Below, one piece after another: positions 54,307-63,992 of a stretch of DNA of 64,000 nt; positions within the stretch are counted from its first letter, which is position 1; each line of letters begins with the position of its first letter. A program made the position numbers and the translations under genes. The DNA is taken from contig CAYTAT010000002.1 in assembly GCA_964435795.1 (NCBI GenBank), forward strand, positions 143,898-207,897, given 5' to 3'. The notes beneath the pieces are model-generated. The model worked only from the letters and a program-made list of their open reading frames with translations, did no database searches and was not told the DNA's origin. Origin of the DNA: an uncultured Spirochaetaceae bacterium (GTDB lineage: Bacteria; Myxococcota_A; UBA9160; UBA4427).

Positions 54307-55485
54307 CTACATGCGCGGAACGCGCGGAAGTCCCAGGCCGAAGAGGCCGATCAGGTCTCGTTGCACTTCGTTGGTTCCTCCTCCGAAGGTGAGAATCAGG
54401 AGACTCCGATAGAGCGATTCGATGTCTCCGCCTACGAGTTCATCCGGGGATCCCCTCTGCAGGTACGCGCGCTCGCCCATGATCTCCATCAGCAGTCGAA
54501 ATGCCTCGAGAAAGAATTCGGTGCCGAAGACCTTGATGCTCGAGGCGTCGGCGACGTCGAGTTGTCCCTGGGTGCCCGCCCAGGCCACTTTCCAGTTGAG
54601 CAGGCGCAGGTAGTGGAGGCCCGCGTGGATGCGTGCGAGGTTCATCTGCACCCACTCCTGGTCGATGATCCTGCGGCCGTCCGCCAGGCGGGTTTCTCGC
54701 GTCCAGGCGAGGGCACGGCTGTAGGCGTTCTCGAGCATGCCCGGCGAGCAGATCGTGACCCGTTCGTGGTTGAGTTGGCTCGTGATCAGCTTCCAGCCGG
54801 TATTCTCCGCACCGACGAGCGCCGAGGCGGGCACCCGGACAGAATCGAAATAGGTCGTGCAGATATTGTGATCCGAGAGCAGGGACATGGGTTCGGCGCG
54901 AATCCCCGGGCTCTTCATGTCGACGAGGAAAATCGAAATTCCCGCATGCTTGGGGGCGTCCTGATCCGTGCGTGTGGCCAGCCAGATATAGTCGGCATCG
55001 CTGGCGAGGCTTGTGAAGACCTTCTGCCCGTTGATGATGTAGTCATCGCCATCCCGATCGGCGCGGGTCGTGAGGGCGGCCAGATCCGTTCCCGCGGCCG
55101 GTTCGGTGTAGCCGATGCAGAAGTGGACTTCCCCCTTCAGGATCTTGGGCAGGAAGAACTCCTTCTGCTCGGGGCTGCCGTTGCGATAGAGGGTGGGGCC
55201 GACGGTGTTGATGGTCAGCATCGGCACCGGGGCGCCCGAACGCATCGATTCATCGAAGAAGATGAATTGCTCGATGTCGGAGCGGCCCTGGCCGCCGTAT
55301 TCCTCGGGCCAGCCGATTCCCAGCCATCCGTCCTTACCCATCTGCCGCACGACCGCGCGCATGGTCTCGCCCGTTCCCTGCCCAGCGTGAAGTGCTCGGC
55401 GAATCTCCGGCGTGAGCAACTCGGCATAATACGCCCGAAGCTCCTGGCGCAGATCCTCCTGCTGATCCGTATAGGCGATGTGCAT
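54307..55485 (-). CDS. Acyl-CoA dehydrogenase family protein (first of an adjacent pair)
   Basis: GWLGIGWPEEYGGQG, FCIGYTEPAAGTDLA, INGQKVFTS. ATG at 55485 follows GGAGAAAGC. Confidence 0.85.
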   Translation of the reverse strand: MHIAYTDQQEDLRQELRAYYAELLTPEIRRALHAGQGTGETMRAVVRQMGKDGWLGIGWPEEYGGQGRSDIEQFIFFDESMRSGAPVPMLTINTVGPTLYRNGSPEQKEFFLPKILKGEVHFCIGYTEPAAGTDLAALTTRADRDGDDYIINGQKVFTSLASDADYIWLATRTDQDAPKHAGISIFLVDMKSPGIRAEPMSLLSDHNICTTYFDSVRVPASALVGAENTGWKLITSQLNHERVTICSPGMLENAYSRALAWTRETRLADGRRIIDQEWVQMNLARIHAGLHYLRLLNWKVAWAGTQGQLDVADASSIKVFGTEFFLEAFRLLMEIMGERAYLQRGSPDELVGGDIESLYRSLLILTFGGGTNEVQRDLIGLFGLGLPRVPRM

Positions 55486-55980
55486 GCTTTCTCCGATTCC
55501 GGCTCGAAAATTCTCGCGCCCGGGCGCGATGAGGCCCCGGTATTGCTTTCTGCCCCGCACTTCGTGCTGCCCACTTGGCGGGGTGGCCGGGATGATTTCA
55601 TCCCCGGCCCGAATGATCCGGAGGATTCTGCCGCGTTGCCCGAGCGAAGTCGACCCGGCCCGGAGATTGCCCGCAGGCGGGGATTGCCTCGCTCGCCGCC
55701 GCCGGCCCTCCTGCGGGGCTGCATCAAATCGATGCCCGTGCCCTGCGGGTAGAGATTATTCTGGCGTAAGTGTCCGGTTCTGTTAGCTTGGCCTGAAGTC
55801 GGCCGGGTCTCTATCCGCTTTCTCGAAGCCCGATCGGCAAACGCATATCAGGAGTCGGAATCGACCCTCTTCCCGCCGGGTCGGTTCGGCCGCAACGGTG
55901 CCTGGGATGGCGCCCCGCTCGGCCGAAGGAAGTGCGTCGGCGCGAGAATCTGGATCAGAAGTCAGCGAGGAATAGGACGC

Positions 55981-57447
55981 ATGAGTGAGCGGATGGATCG
56001 ACACCTGACCGAGTGGACGAGCTTGTCGCGTCTCGCCGAGGATATGGTTCCCCTGATCGGTCGTCTCTATCGCGACCGGGGCGTGATCATCACGATCTTC
56101 AGCCATTCCCTCGTCAATAAATCGCCGATCGAAATCATTCAATTGCACGAGAAGACCGCAGAGATCGCGGAGCAGGCCGTGACCCTGGAGGAGAGTTTTC
56201 CGATTCTCGCCGCCATCTCGGAACTCGATCTTTCTCCGGCCCGCATCGATGTCGGAAATCTCGTTACCCATTTGCGGAGCCAGCAGGGGGAGGGAAGCGT
56301 TGCGGACTTCGTCAACCGGGAACTGGCGGAGAATTGCAATGGGCGGGGATCGATTCGTACCGAGCCCCAGGATGTCGTTCTCTACGGTTTCGGTCGTATC
56401 GGTCGCCTCATTACACGCATCCTGGTGGGCAAGACCGGCGGCGGCGATGCCCTGCGACTGCGTGCCATTGTCGTGCGCAAGGGCAAGGCGAAGGACGATC
56501 TCGCCAAGCGGGCCAGCCTCCTGCGCCGGGATTCGGTGCACGGGCATTTCACGGGAACGATTCGCGTCGATGAGGGCGAGCAGGCCCTGATCGTGAATGG
56601 CAACCTGATTCGAGTCATCTACTCCGACGGGCCGGACCAGGTGGACTATACGGCGCATGGCATTCGCGACGCGCTGATCATAGACAATACGGGGAATTGG
56701 CGGACGCGGGAAGAACTCGGCCTCCACCTGAAGTCACCCGGAGCGGCCCGGGTCGTATTGACCGCGCCGGGCAAGGGGGATGTTCCCAATTTTGTCTACG
56801 GGGTGAATCACGAGGGGCTGAGGGATGCGGGTTCGCTGATCTCCGCCGCCAGTTGTACCACCAATGCCATCGTCCCGGTGCTCAAGACCGTCTGCGATGA
56901 ATTCGGCATTGCCTCCGGCCACGTCGAAAGCTGCCATTCGTTCACGAATGACCAGAATCTGATCGACAACTACCATAAGAAGGAGCGCCGGGGACGAGCG
57001 GCCACCCTCAATATGGTGATTACCGAGACCGGTGCCGCCAAGGCGGTCTCGAAGTCGATTCCCGAACTCGAGGGAAAGCTCACGGGCAATGCCATTCGAG
57101 TTCCCACGCCGAACGTTTCCCTGGCAATCCTGAATCTTCATCTCGGTCGTAAAACGACGGTCGATGAACTTAATAGTTATCTGCGGATGGTCTCGCTGCA
57201 GGGCGATCTGCAGAATCAGATTGATTACGTGAACTCCAGCGAAGTGGTTTCGAGCGATTTCGTGGGCAATCGCTTCGCGGGTATCGTCGATGCCCAGGCG
57301 ACCATCGTGAATGGGGAGTATTGCGTGCTCTACGTCTGGTATGACAACGAATTCGGCTATAGCCGTCAGGTCGTCCGCTGCCTCGAGGAACTCGCCGGCG
57401 TCGTGATGCCCAATGTTCCCCAGCGGGCCGATGCGGGGCTGGAATAG
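55981..57447 (+). CDS. gap: Glyceraldehyde-3-phosphate dehydrogenase, long form with an N-terminal extension of about 130 aa
   Basis: LYGFGRIGRL (NAD), SAASCTTNAIVPVLK (catalytic Cys), WYDNEFGYS. 488 aa. Confidence 0.9.
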   Translation: MSERMDRHLTEWTSLSRLAEDMVPLIGRLYRDRGVIITIFSHSLVNKSPIEIIQLHEKTAEIAEQAVTLEESFPILAAISELDLSPARIDVGNLVTHLRSQQGEGSVADFVNRELAENCNGRGSIRTEPQDVVLYGFGRIGRLITRILVGKTGGGDALRLRAIVVRKGKAKDDLAKRASLLRRDSVHGHFTGTIRVDEGEQALIVNGNLIRVIYSDGPDQVDYTAHGIRDALIIDNTGNWRTREELGLHLKSPGAARVVLTAPGKGDVPNFVYGVNHEGLRDAGSLISAASCTTNAIVPVLKTVCDEFGIASGHVESCHSFTNDQNLIDNYHKKERRGRAATLNMVITETGAAKAVSKSIPELEGKLTGNAIRVPTPNVSLAILNLHLGRKTTVDELNSYLRMVSLQGDLQNQIDYVNSSEVVSSDFVGNRFAGIVDAQATIVNGEYCVLYVWYDNEFGYSRQVVRCLEELAGVVMPNVPQRADAGLE

Positions 57448-57506
57448 CGCGTGGGAATAGCGTTTCTCAACGGCACTTCGGAAACTGCGGGCGCGGGGTG
57501 GGTCGC

Positions 57507-58448
57507 TCAGAAGTAGAGGCGACAACTGCCGCGGATGATCCCCGCGCTATCGAAGTCCTCGCGGCTGAGTCGGTTGCCCCTGGCGTCGTCGATCCGGAGT
57601 TGCCCCGCTACCGCGACGCCTCCCTCCACGAAGAAATGGAGTTGGGGATTCATGGCGAGATCCATGCGGACCAATAGGGGGGCCGAGGTCGACTCTCCGA
57701 CGCCCTTGATATTCGGGGAGCGATTGTCGAGTCGGAAGCGCGAGCGTTCGTAGCCGCCCGAGAGGCTGCCCTGGAAGACATCGCTGGGAGTCCAGAGCAG
57801 GGCGACTTCTCCTCCCTGGTAGGGGCCTCCCCGGGTGATCAATCTCAGCTGATCGCTCATCTGCCAATCGAGGGAAAGCGCCGGAAAGATGCTGAGATCC
57901 TCTTCCAACTCATTCTGGACGCCGAGCCCGATCCCCGCCGTCAGGCGGTCCGTCGATCGCCACTGCAGCAGGGCGACGGCGCCCGCCGTCATGGCGTTTT
58001 TTTCCGAGTGGGTCTCGGCGTTCCAGCGCATGGGTGCCAGCAACTGGACTTCGAAGGACTCGTTGATCGTCAGCCCGGCGCCGATCACGAGGTCGAGGCG
58101 ATGGACATCCCGCCAGGGATCGTTGCGAAAGCAGGCCGCGGGATTCGAGCAGGCGGCCGTTGTCGCGCTGCCAAAGTCATATTCGCGATGGCGATAACTC
58201 GCATCCAGGAAGACTCGCAGATCCTCGCTCATCGGGCCGCCGCCCCGGATTCCGAGTTCGTATTCGAGGGTGTCGAAGGAACCTCCGCCCGAGATGGCGG
58301 TGCGGGTCTGGTAGCGGGTGGAGAAATCGGCTCGGTATTCCCATACATGGGTATCCTCGCCAGTATTCATGAGCGTGATCTGTGCCCCGGCCGACCCCGA
58401 TAGCAGCAGGCCGATCCCTAGCGCTGAGAGGATGGCAAGTCTCATCAT
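57507..58448 (-). CDS. Putative outer-membrane beta-barrel protein
   Basis: Signal peptide MMRLAILSALGIGLLLSGSAGAQ, alternating-hydrophobicity strands and a terminal ..CRLYF. ATG overlaps the upstream stop (TGATG). Confidence 0.6.
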   Translation of the reverse strand: MMRLAILSALGIGLLLSGSAGAQITLMNTGEDTHVWEYRADFSTRYQTRTAISGGGSFDTLEYELGIRGGGPMSEDLRVFLDASYRHREYDFGSATTAACSNPAACFRNDPWRDVHRLDLVIGAGLTINESFEVQLLAPMRWNAETHSEKNAMTAGAVALLQWRSTDRLTAGIGLGVQNELEEDLSIFPALSLDWQMSDQLRLITRGGPYQGGEVALLWTPSDVFQGSLSGGYERSRFRLDNRSPNIKGVGESTSAPLLVRMDLAMNPQLHFFVEGGVAVAGQLRIDDARGNRLSREDFDSAGIIRGSCRLYF

Positions 58449-58912
58449 CAGTAGATGCCTGCGAGCTTGGCGTGATTCCAGCTGATGACCCGATCCGGTC
58501 TGATCAGGATCGCGGTCTTCTTGGGAGCCATGGCCCGGGTCGCTTTCTCGAGGGTTTCGACGGGAATCTCCGGGGTATTGCGTTGCAGCACTCGCATGTG
58601 GAGGTCGTGGACCCTCTCGACATCGCGCACCAGTTCCGCCCGGGCGTAGATCGAGGCGCCCCGCAGTCTGGCGTATTCATCCCCATCCTCGAAGAGCAAG
58701 GTGATGCGGGCGTCGCGTTCGAGATTTCGAATCTTCTGGGACTTGCTGAAGGTTTCAAGAATCACGCAACCCTCGTCGAGAGCGAACCAGAGGGGCATGA
58801 GGTGGGGGCTGCCATCGGGGTTCAGGGTCGCGACCTGGACGGTCTTCTGTTCCGCGATGAAGTCCCAGAGTTCGCCTTTCTCCATCCTGACCTGATCTCT
58901 GCGCTTGGGCAT
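58448..58912 (-). CDS. Pyridoxamine 5'-phosphate oxidase (PPOX) family protein, FMN/F420-type
   Basis: 154 aa from the ATG at 58912: ELWDFIAEQKTVQVATLNPDGSPHLMPLWFAL...ARITLLFEDG..., a split-barrel pattern. Confidence 0.7.
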   Translation of the reverse strand: MPKRRDQVRMEKGELWDFIAEQKTVQVATLNPDGSPHLMPLWFALDEGCVILETFSKSQKIRNLERDARITLLFEDGDEYARLRGASIYARAELVRDVERVHDLHMRVLQRNTPEIPVETLEKATRAMAPKKTAILIRPDRVISWNHAKLAGIY

Positions 58913-59160
58913 GCTGCCGACTGCACTCCTAGCCTCGAAACGGCGGGGGGGGGCTCGCCACGTCGTGAGGTGGCGGCATCCTATCAGACGTCCCACCCCC
59001 GGCGAAATAGCAGTTCGGAAATTCCCGCGGGGGGAAAGGTTTATCCGGCCGCGGATGCATGAGAGGTCGACCGGAGCAGGTACGGGTAGAGGGGTTGGGG
59101 GGGGCTGTGGTAGTCTGCCCGCCGGTTCGGGCCTCTTGGGAGGCTGGGGAGGAAGAAAAT

Positions 59161-59376
59161 ATGGGCAAAAGAAGCAAAACCGGCGTCTTGAAGCGATTGC
59201 GCGAGGTCAAGAAGGCCGAAAAGGCCGCCCACAAGCGCGAGGAAATGCGTGAGCGCAAGGAAGCCGGGCCGGAGGCTCCCAGCCGGAGCAGCGGTGGGGC
59301 CGCATTGGCGACCGAAGAAGATCTGGCGGGCTACGGGTTTCCGGTTGAGGGCGACGAAGAAGCGGAAGAGCAGTAG
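59161..59376 (+). CDS. Small charged hypothetical protein (71 aa; basic N-terminus, acidic C-terminus)
   Basis: ATG follows GGAGGAAGAAAAT. MGKRSKTGVLKRLREVKKAEKAAHKREEMRERKEAG...EGDEEAEEQ. Confidence 0.45.
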   Translation: MGKRSKTGVLKRLREVKKAEKAAHKREEMRERKEAGPEAPSRSSGGAALATEEDLAGYGFPVEGDEEAEEQ

Positions 59377-59397
59377 GGAGGCTCCCCTCGCGGGTGC

Positions 59398-60381
59398 CTA
59401 GGAGAACTCCTCTCGCCGCCAATGGGCGGCATCGTCGGGCAGGATCTCCTTGAGTCTTTTCGTCTGCTCGGGGCTGAGAACTCCGGGCACCTTGATGCGC
59501 AGCGTGACGTAGAGGTCTCCCGTTGGCTTGTTCGCGCTCTTTGGGACCCCCTTGCCCCGCAGCCTCAGTCGGGTTCCGCTATCGCTGCCGGGGGGCACCC
59601 TGAGCGTGACCGGATCGTCGAGGGTCGGGATCTCGATCTCGGCACCCTGGATGGCCTCGAGAACCGATATGGGGGCCTCGAGGGAGAGGTCCCGACTCGC
59701 GCGCTTGAAGAAGCGATGCGGGCGAATTCGAATGCGGGCCATCAGATCCCCCGCCGGACCTCCGTGGGCACCCGGAGCGCCTTTGCCCGCCAGCCGAATG
59801 CGGCCGTTTTCCTCGACACCTGGGGGAATGCGGATGCTGAGGGTTTCGCGCCGGGTCTGGCCGTCGCCGGTGGGCCGGTCGAGATCTACGCGTTTCTCGC
59901 AGCCCCGGACGGCCTCCTCGAAATCGAGTTGTAGCGTGGTTTCGAGATCGGCCCCCTTCTCTTTTCGGGGTGCTCGCCGTGGGTTCTGGCCACCCCCCGC
60001 GCCGAAGAGGTCGCCGAAGAGATCCGAGAATCCGCCGGCGTCCTGGAAGCCGCCGCCCCCGGAGAAGGATTGGGAGAAGTCCCCTTGCCGGAATCCCCCG
60101 CCGAAGCCGCGCGAGGCCCCTCGGACCTTTTCGCCGTCGAAGTTGGGATCGATCGCCGCCTCTCCGAATTCGTCGTAATCCCTGCGTCTCTTATCGTCCG
60201 AGAGAACCGTGTAGGCGGCCGACACCTCCTTGAAGCGCTCCTCGGCCCGGGCATCTCCCTTGTTGCGGTCGGGATGGAATTCCCGCGCCAGGCGGCGGTA
60301 ACTCTTCTTGATCGCTTCGGAGTCGGCATTCCGGGCCACTCCCAGGATCGCGTACAGGTCTTTTCCGCCAGGCTGATTCAC
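59398..60381 (-). CDS. DnaJ-class co-chaperone lacking the Zn-finger region (CbpA-like)
   Basis: J domain DLYAILGV...HPDRNKGD, G/F-rich linker, C-terminal DnaJ_C repeats and no CxxCxGxG. GTG start at 60381. Confidence 0.85.
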   Translation of the reverse strand: MNQPGGKDLYAILGVARNADSEAIKKSYRRLAREFHPDRNKGDARAEERFKEVSAAYTVLSDDKRRRDYDEFGEAAIDPNFDGEKVRGASRGFGGGFRQGDFSQSFSGGGGFQDAGGFSDLFGDLFGAGGGQNPRRAPRKEKGADLETTLQLDFEEAVRGCEKRVDLDRPTGDGQTRRETLSIRIPPGVEENGRIRLAGKGAPGAHGGPAGDLMARIRIRPHRFFKRASRDLSLEAPISVLEAIQGAEIEIPTLDDPVTLRVPPGSDSGTRLRLRGKGVPKSANKPTGDLYVTLRIKVPGVLSPEQTKRLKEILPDDAAHWRREEFS

Positions 60382-60658
60382 GAATTCCTTCTCATCCCCA
60401 GGTCATCCCCGGGCCACCCCCGGGATTGTGCCGGGGTTCTGCCGGGATTGCGGCCGACTCCGATGCCGTTGAAGGGGCATCCTAGTCGCCCCGGGGCGGG
60501 GCACAAGAGCGGGCGCGAGAGAAGAGAAAAGAGGGATGGAAGGGATGAAATCGCAGCGGCGGAAGTGCCCACTTCGGCCCGGTGCCTCAGCGTGCCGGCA
60601 GAACGGGGCGGACCTGATACCCTGAGGGCCGGAGCTACTTTCAGAAGGGGGAAATGAG

Positions 60659-61060
60659 TTGTCAGACCGGGAGGCCTTCGATCAGATTCTGGCCAGGGTT
60701 TGCGGCGAACAGGGGTGGAAGGAGGGCGAATCGGAATTCGAGCTCGATGTCGCCCTGGCCGATGGGCGGCGTCAGAAGGTGCAACTCGAGTTTTTCGAGC
60801 ACGAGGGCTCCGAGATGCTCAGGCTTCATACCACCATCGGCAGTACCTTGCGGATCCGCCAGGATCGCCTCGCCTTTGCGCTCGAACTCAACTTTGCGCT
60901 GCCCCACGGCTCGATGGCCGTCAAGGATGATATGCTCGTCATGGTCGATACCCTGATTCTCTCCGAGGCCGATCCCCTTGAGGTTCGCGCGACGATCGCC
61001 TATCTGGCCGAGACCGCCGACCGCTACGAGGCCTCGATGTTCGGCTCCGATACCCACTGA
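60659..61060 (+). CDS. YbjN/T3SS-chaperone-like small acidic protein
   Basis: 133 aa with a TTG start. The pattern (..EFELDVALADGRRQKVQLEFFEHEG..MLRLHTTIG...LNFALPHGSMAV.DDMLVMVDTL) resembles the YbjN fold family. By eye only. Confidence 0.45.
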   Translation: MSDREAFDQILARVCGEQGWKEGESEFELDVALADGRRQKVQLEFFEHEGSEMLRLHTTIGSTLRIRQDRLAFALELNFALPHGSMAVKDDMLVMVDTLILSEADPLEVRATIAYLAETADRYEASMFGSDTH

Positions 61061-61160
61061 TCCCCTGGGGTGGAACGAGTTCCTGGAGGGTTGCGGGAGC
61101 CCGCATTCCTCCTCGCTCGCTCCCGCGGAGTCGATGCGATCGCGCGTGCGTCGTCCGCCT

Positions 61161-63992
61161 TCAGGCCGACTCGAGCAGCATCAGCAGATCCTCGCGGGAC
61201 AGTCGGTCCCCTCCCATCTCCCCGCCCCCGAGCGCCGCTTCAGAGAGCGCTCGCTTGTGGGCGTGGAGTTCGAGGATCTTCTCCTCCACCGTTTCCCGAG
61301 CCACCAGGCGGTGGACGACGACGGGCCGCGTCTGGCCGATGCGATGGGCGCGGTCCGCGGCCTGATCCTCCACGGCCGGATTCCACCAGGGGTCGAGGAG
61401 GAATACGTGATCGGCGGCCGTCAGGTTCAGCCCCGTTCCCCCCGCCCGGAGAGAGACGAGCATCACCGAAGTGTCCGCTTCGTTCGTGAAGCGCGAAATC
61501 ACGCCGGGGCGATCGCGGGTCGATCCATCCAGCCGCAGGAAGTCGATCCCCACGTCGCGCAGTGGGCTTTCGACGCGGTCGAGGAGGGAGGTCCACTGGG
61601 AGAAGACCAAAGCCTTATGCCCGTCGTCGACCGCCTGCCCGAGCCGATCGACCAGCAGATCCACTTTCGTCGAGCGCTGGGCCTCGTGGCCGGGAACGAG
61701 TCCGGGATGGCAGGCCGCCTGGCGCAGGCGCAGGAGTGCTTCGAGGGCCGCCATGACATTGCCGCCCTCCCGGAGTTCTTTGACGACCCGGCGCAGGCTC
61801 GCCGCTCGCACGCTGTCGTAGATTTCGCGTTCTTCGGAATCGAGTTCGCAATGCAGCACGATCTCGCTGCGCGGGGGCAACTCCGGGGCGACGTCGCGTT
61901 TGAGGCGTCGTAGCACAAAGGGTCGAACTCGTTCGCGCAGGCGCCCGGCGCTCTCCGCATCGCCCTGGGCAATGGGGTTCGCATAATGCTCCTGGAAGCC
62001 GCTGCGTCCGCCGAGCAGTCCGCGATTCAGAAAGTGGAGTTGGCTCCACAATTCTTCGAGGCGGTTTTCGACGGGAGTGCCCGTCAGGGCGATCCGGAAG
62101 TCGGCCTGCAATCGGAAGGCCGCCTGGGCGACCTGGCTCTCCGGGTTCTTGATGTTCTGGGCCTCGTCGAGAATGACCGTCCGCCAATGTCGATCGGCGA
62201 GCGCATCGATATCCAGGCGCAGGATCGCATAGCTGGTGAGCAGGACGTCGGTTTCGGGCTCCAGGCTGCGGTTTGGGCCGTGGTAGACGCGGACGCCCAG
62301 GGGCGGGCGAAAGCGCGTCAATTCTTCCTGCCAGTTGTGGAGCAGGCTGGTGGGCATGACGATGAGGCAGGGCGCTTCCAGGCTGCAGATGGCTTGCAGG
62401 GTCTTGCCGAGTCCCATGTCGTCCGCGAGCAGTGCACCGAGCCCCGCCCGGCGCAGGAAGATCAGCCAGTCGACGCCCCTCTGCTGGTAGGAGCGCAACT
62501 CTCCGACGAGATCCGGGGGCGTGGGGGTCTCGGGAATTCCCGAAAATCCATCGAGCAGGGGGCGCAGGCCTTCGAGCGCGGCCGGCGGAGCCTCGTCGAG
62601 ATCTTCGCAGAGCGCTCCCAGATCCGGCAGTGCGCAGGTGGGAACCCGCTGGCGGTCATCCCGGGCGGCCAGCAGGTCGCTCACGCGATGACCGAAGCGT
62701 TCCAGCCAATCGGCGGGCAGGGGGGCGAAGCCGCTCTCGCCGAGGGAGACCAGGGATTCGCCGCGGCGCCAGGCGTTCAGAACCGAAGACGCGGAGGCCG
62801 AGGTCGCCTCCGAAGCCCGATGTTCTGCGCCGTTCGAAGCGGGGCGCGCGGGCAGCGCAAAGGAAAGATCGATCCGGTCGTCATCGATCTGGAGCCGAGG
62901 GATCAGGGTCTCGGAACGTCGGAAGTCCTGATGGGCGTCGCCCCGCACTTCCCCCCGCCAGGCGCGGATGCGCTCGGCGACCGCGATGGCATCCTCCGCC
63001 GCCAGATTGACTCGGCGGCTGGGGGAGAGGCCGAGTTCGCGCTCCAGGTCGCGAATGGCCTGACGCTCGGCAACCTGATCGCGCACCGGGATCGGGCCCT
63101 CGAGATGAACCAGGCGGCCGGCATCGATCCGCGCCGAAGGGGGTTTGCCGTAGACGAGGGTCGGCAGGATCGAGAGTTGGTCTTCGCGCCGTTCGACTTC
63201 GAGTTGGATGCGGGGTTGCTCGGCCCGAGTGGTCTCGGGCAGGATGCTGGTCTGCACATCCACGGGCAGTCGCGCGGCGAGGGAGGGCAGAATCTCGGTC
63301 GTGAATTCCGGCAGTTGATCGTGGGAGTAGAAGCGGCCCTTCGGCAACTCCTCGCGCTCGCGTCCGCTGAGACGCGGATCCCCGACGGCCCTCAGGGTTT
63401 CGCCGCAGAGGACGGCTCCCGCGCCGACGGATCGGCTCACCGCTGGATCCTGTTCTACGAAGAGGCGGACGCCCCCCGGAGCGTCCACGACCCGGGCGAT
63501 TGGGAACACGATTTCCCCCGAGACCTGCACGGGTCGGCCGTCGAGCACGACCCGTTCGCAACCCTCGAGGGTGGCGAATAGCGCCGGGAGCTTTTCCGGA
63601 GGCGGGATCGCCGTACCCCGGGAGCCCAGGATCTGTTCGACCTTCATGTCTCGTGCGTTGGCGTCGAATCGGGGTCCCCGGGTCTTGCTCGCCGCCAGGG
63701 CTGTCAGACCGTATTTGAGTTCTTCCACTCGTTCACCGCTGACGACTTCGCGACGCAGCGCGAGTCCCGGGCGCGCGCTGGAATCGAAGTGGTAACGCAA
63801 GCGCCCGATACCGGTCGCTCCCGACGGCAGGGGCTTGCCTTCCACCCGCGCCTTGCGAAGCGCGATCACGGCGGCGGCGACGTGTTCGCAGGGGTCCTCC
63901 TCCCCGCGGCAGTTGCACTCCCAATCCTCGTCCTCCGGATAGAGGGTGACGAGAGGCGCCTGCAGGCCCTGGCTCGGACTGATCCGCAGCAC
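61161..63992 (-). CDS. SWIM zinc-finger SNF2-family helicase (N-terminus may extend past the window edge)
   Basis: SWIM CNCRGEEDPCEHV. SNF2 motifs LADDMGLGKTLQ (I) and VILDEAQNIKN (II). Helicase-C motifs LVFSQWTSLLD, VMLVSLRAGGTGLNLTAADHV, DPWWNPAVEDQAADRAHRIGQ. Confidence 0.9.
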   Translation of the reverse strand: MLRISPSQGLQAPLVTLYPEDEDWECNCRGEEDPCEHVAAAVIALRKARVEGKPLPSGATGIGRLRYHFDSSARPGLALRREVVSGERVEELKYGLTALAASKTRGPRFDANARDMKVEQILGSRGTAIPPPEKLPALFATLEGCERVVLDGRPVQVSGEIVFPIARVVDAPGGVRLFVEQDPAVSRSVGAGAVLCGETLRAVGDPRLSGREREELPKGRFYSHDQLPEFTTEILPSLAARLPVDVQTSILPETTRAEQPRIQLEVERREDQLSILPTLVYGKPPSARIDAGRLVHLEGPIPVRDQVAERQAIRDLERELGLSPSRRVNLAAEDAIAVAERIRAWRGEVRGDAHQDFRRSETLIPRLQIDDDRIDLSFALPARPASNGAEHRASEATSASASSVLNAWRRGESLVSLGESGFAPLPADWLERFGHRVSDLLAARDDRQRVPTCALPDLGALCEDLDEAPPAALEGLRPLLDGFSGIPETPTPPDLVGELRSYQQRGVDWLIFLRRAGLGALLADDMGLGKTLQAICSLEAPCLIVMPTSLLHNWQEELTRFRPPLGVRVYHGPNRSLEPETDVLLTSYAILRLDIDALADRHWRTVILDEAQNIKNPESQVAQAAFRLQADFRIALTGTPVENRLEELWSQLHFLNRGLLGGRSGFQEHYANPIAQGDAESAGRLRERVRPFVLRRLKRDVAPELPPRSEIVLHCELDSEEREIYDSVRAASLRRVVKELREGGNVMAALEALLRLRQAACHPGLVPGHEAQRSTKVDLLVDRLGQAVDDGHKALVFSQWTSLLDRVESPLRDVGIDFLRLDGSTRDRPGVISRFTNEADTSVMLVSLRAGGTGLNLTAADHVFLLDPWWNPAVEDQAADRAHRIGQTRPVVVHRLVARETVEEKILELHAHKRALSEAALGGGEMGGDRLSREDLLMLLESA

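Noticed and set aside
55783-56727. 314-aa minus-strand ORF
   Set aside because: It overlaps the GAPDH gene antisense. The part in the intergenic gap has no RBS and is not protein-like.
60382-60658. Sigma-32 type heat-shock promoter for the DnaJ-like gene
   Set aside because: Only a weak CCCTTCAA-like -35 element (complement of 60469-60476) is present, without a convincing CCCCAT -10 at the right spacing. The support is insufficient.
61986-63581. 531-aa + strand ORF
   Set aside because: It is antisense to the SNF2 helicase, which has all helicase motifs.
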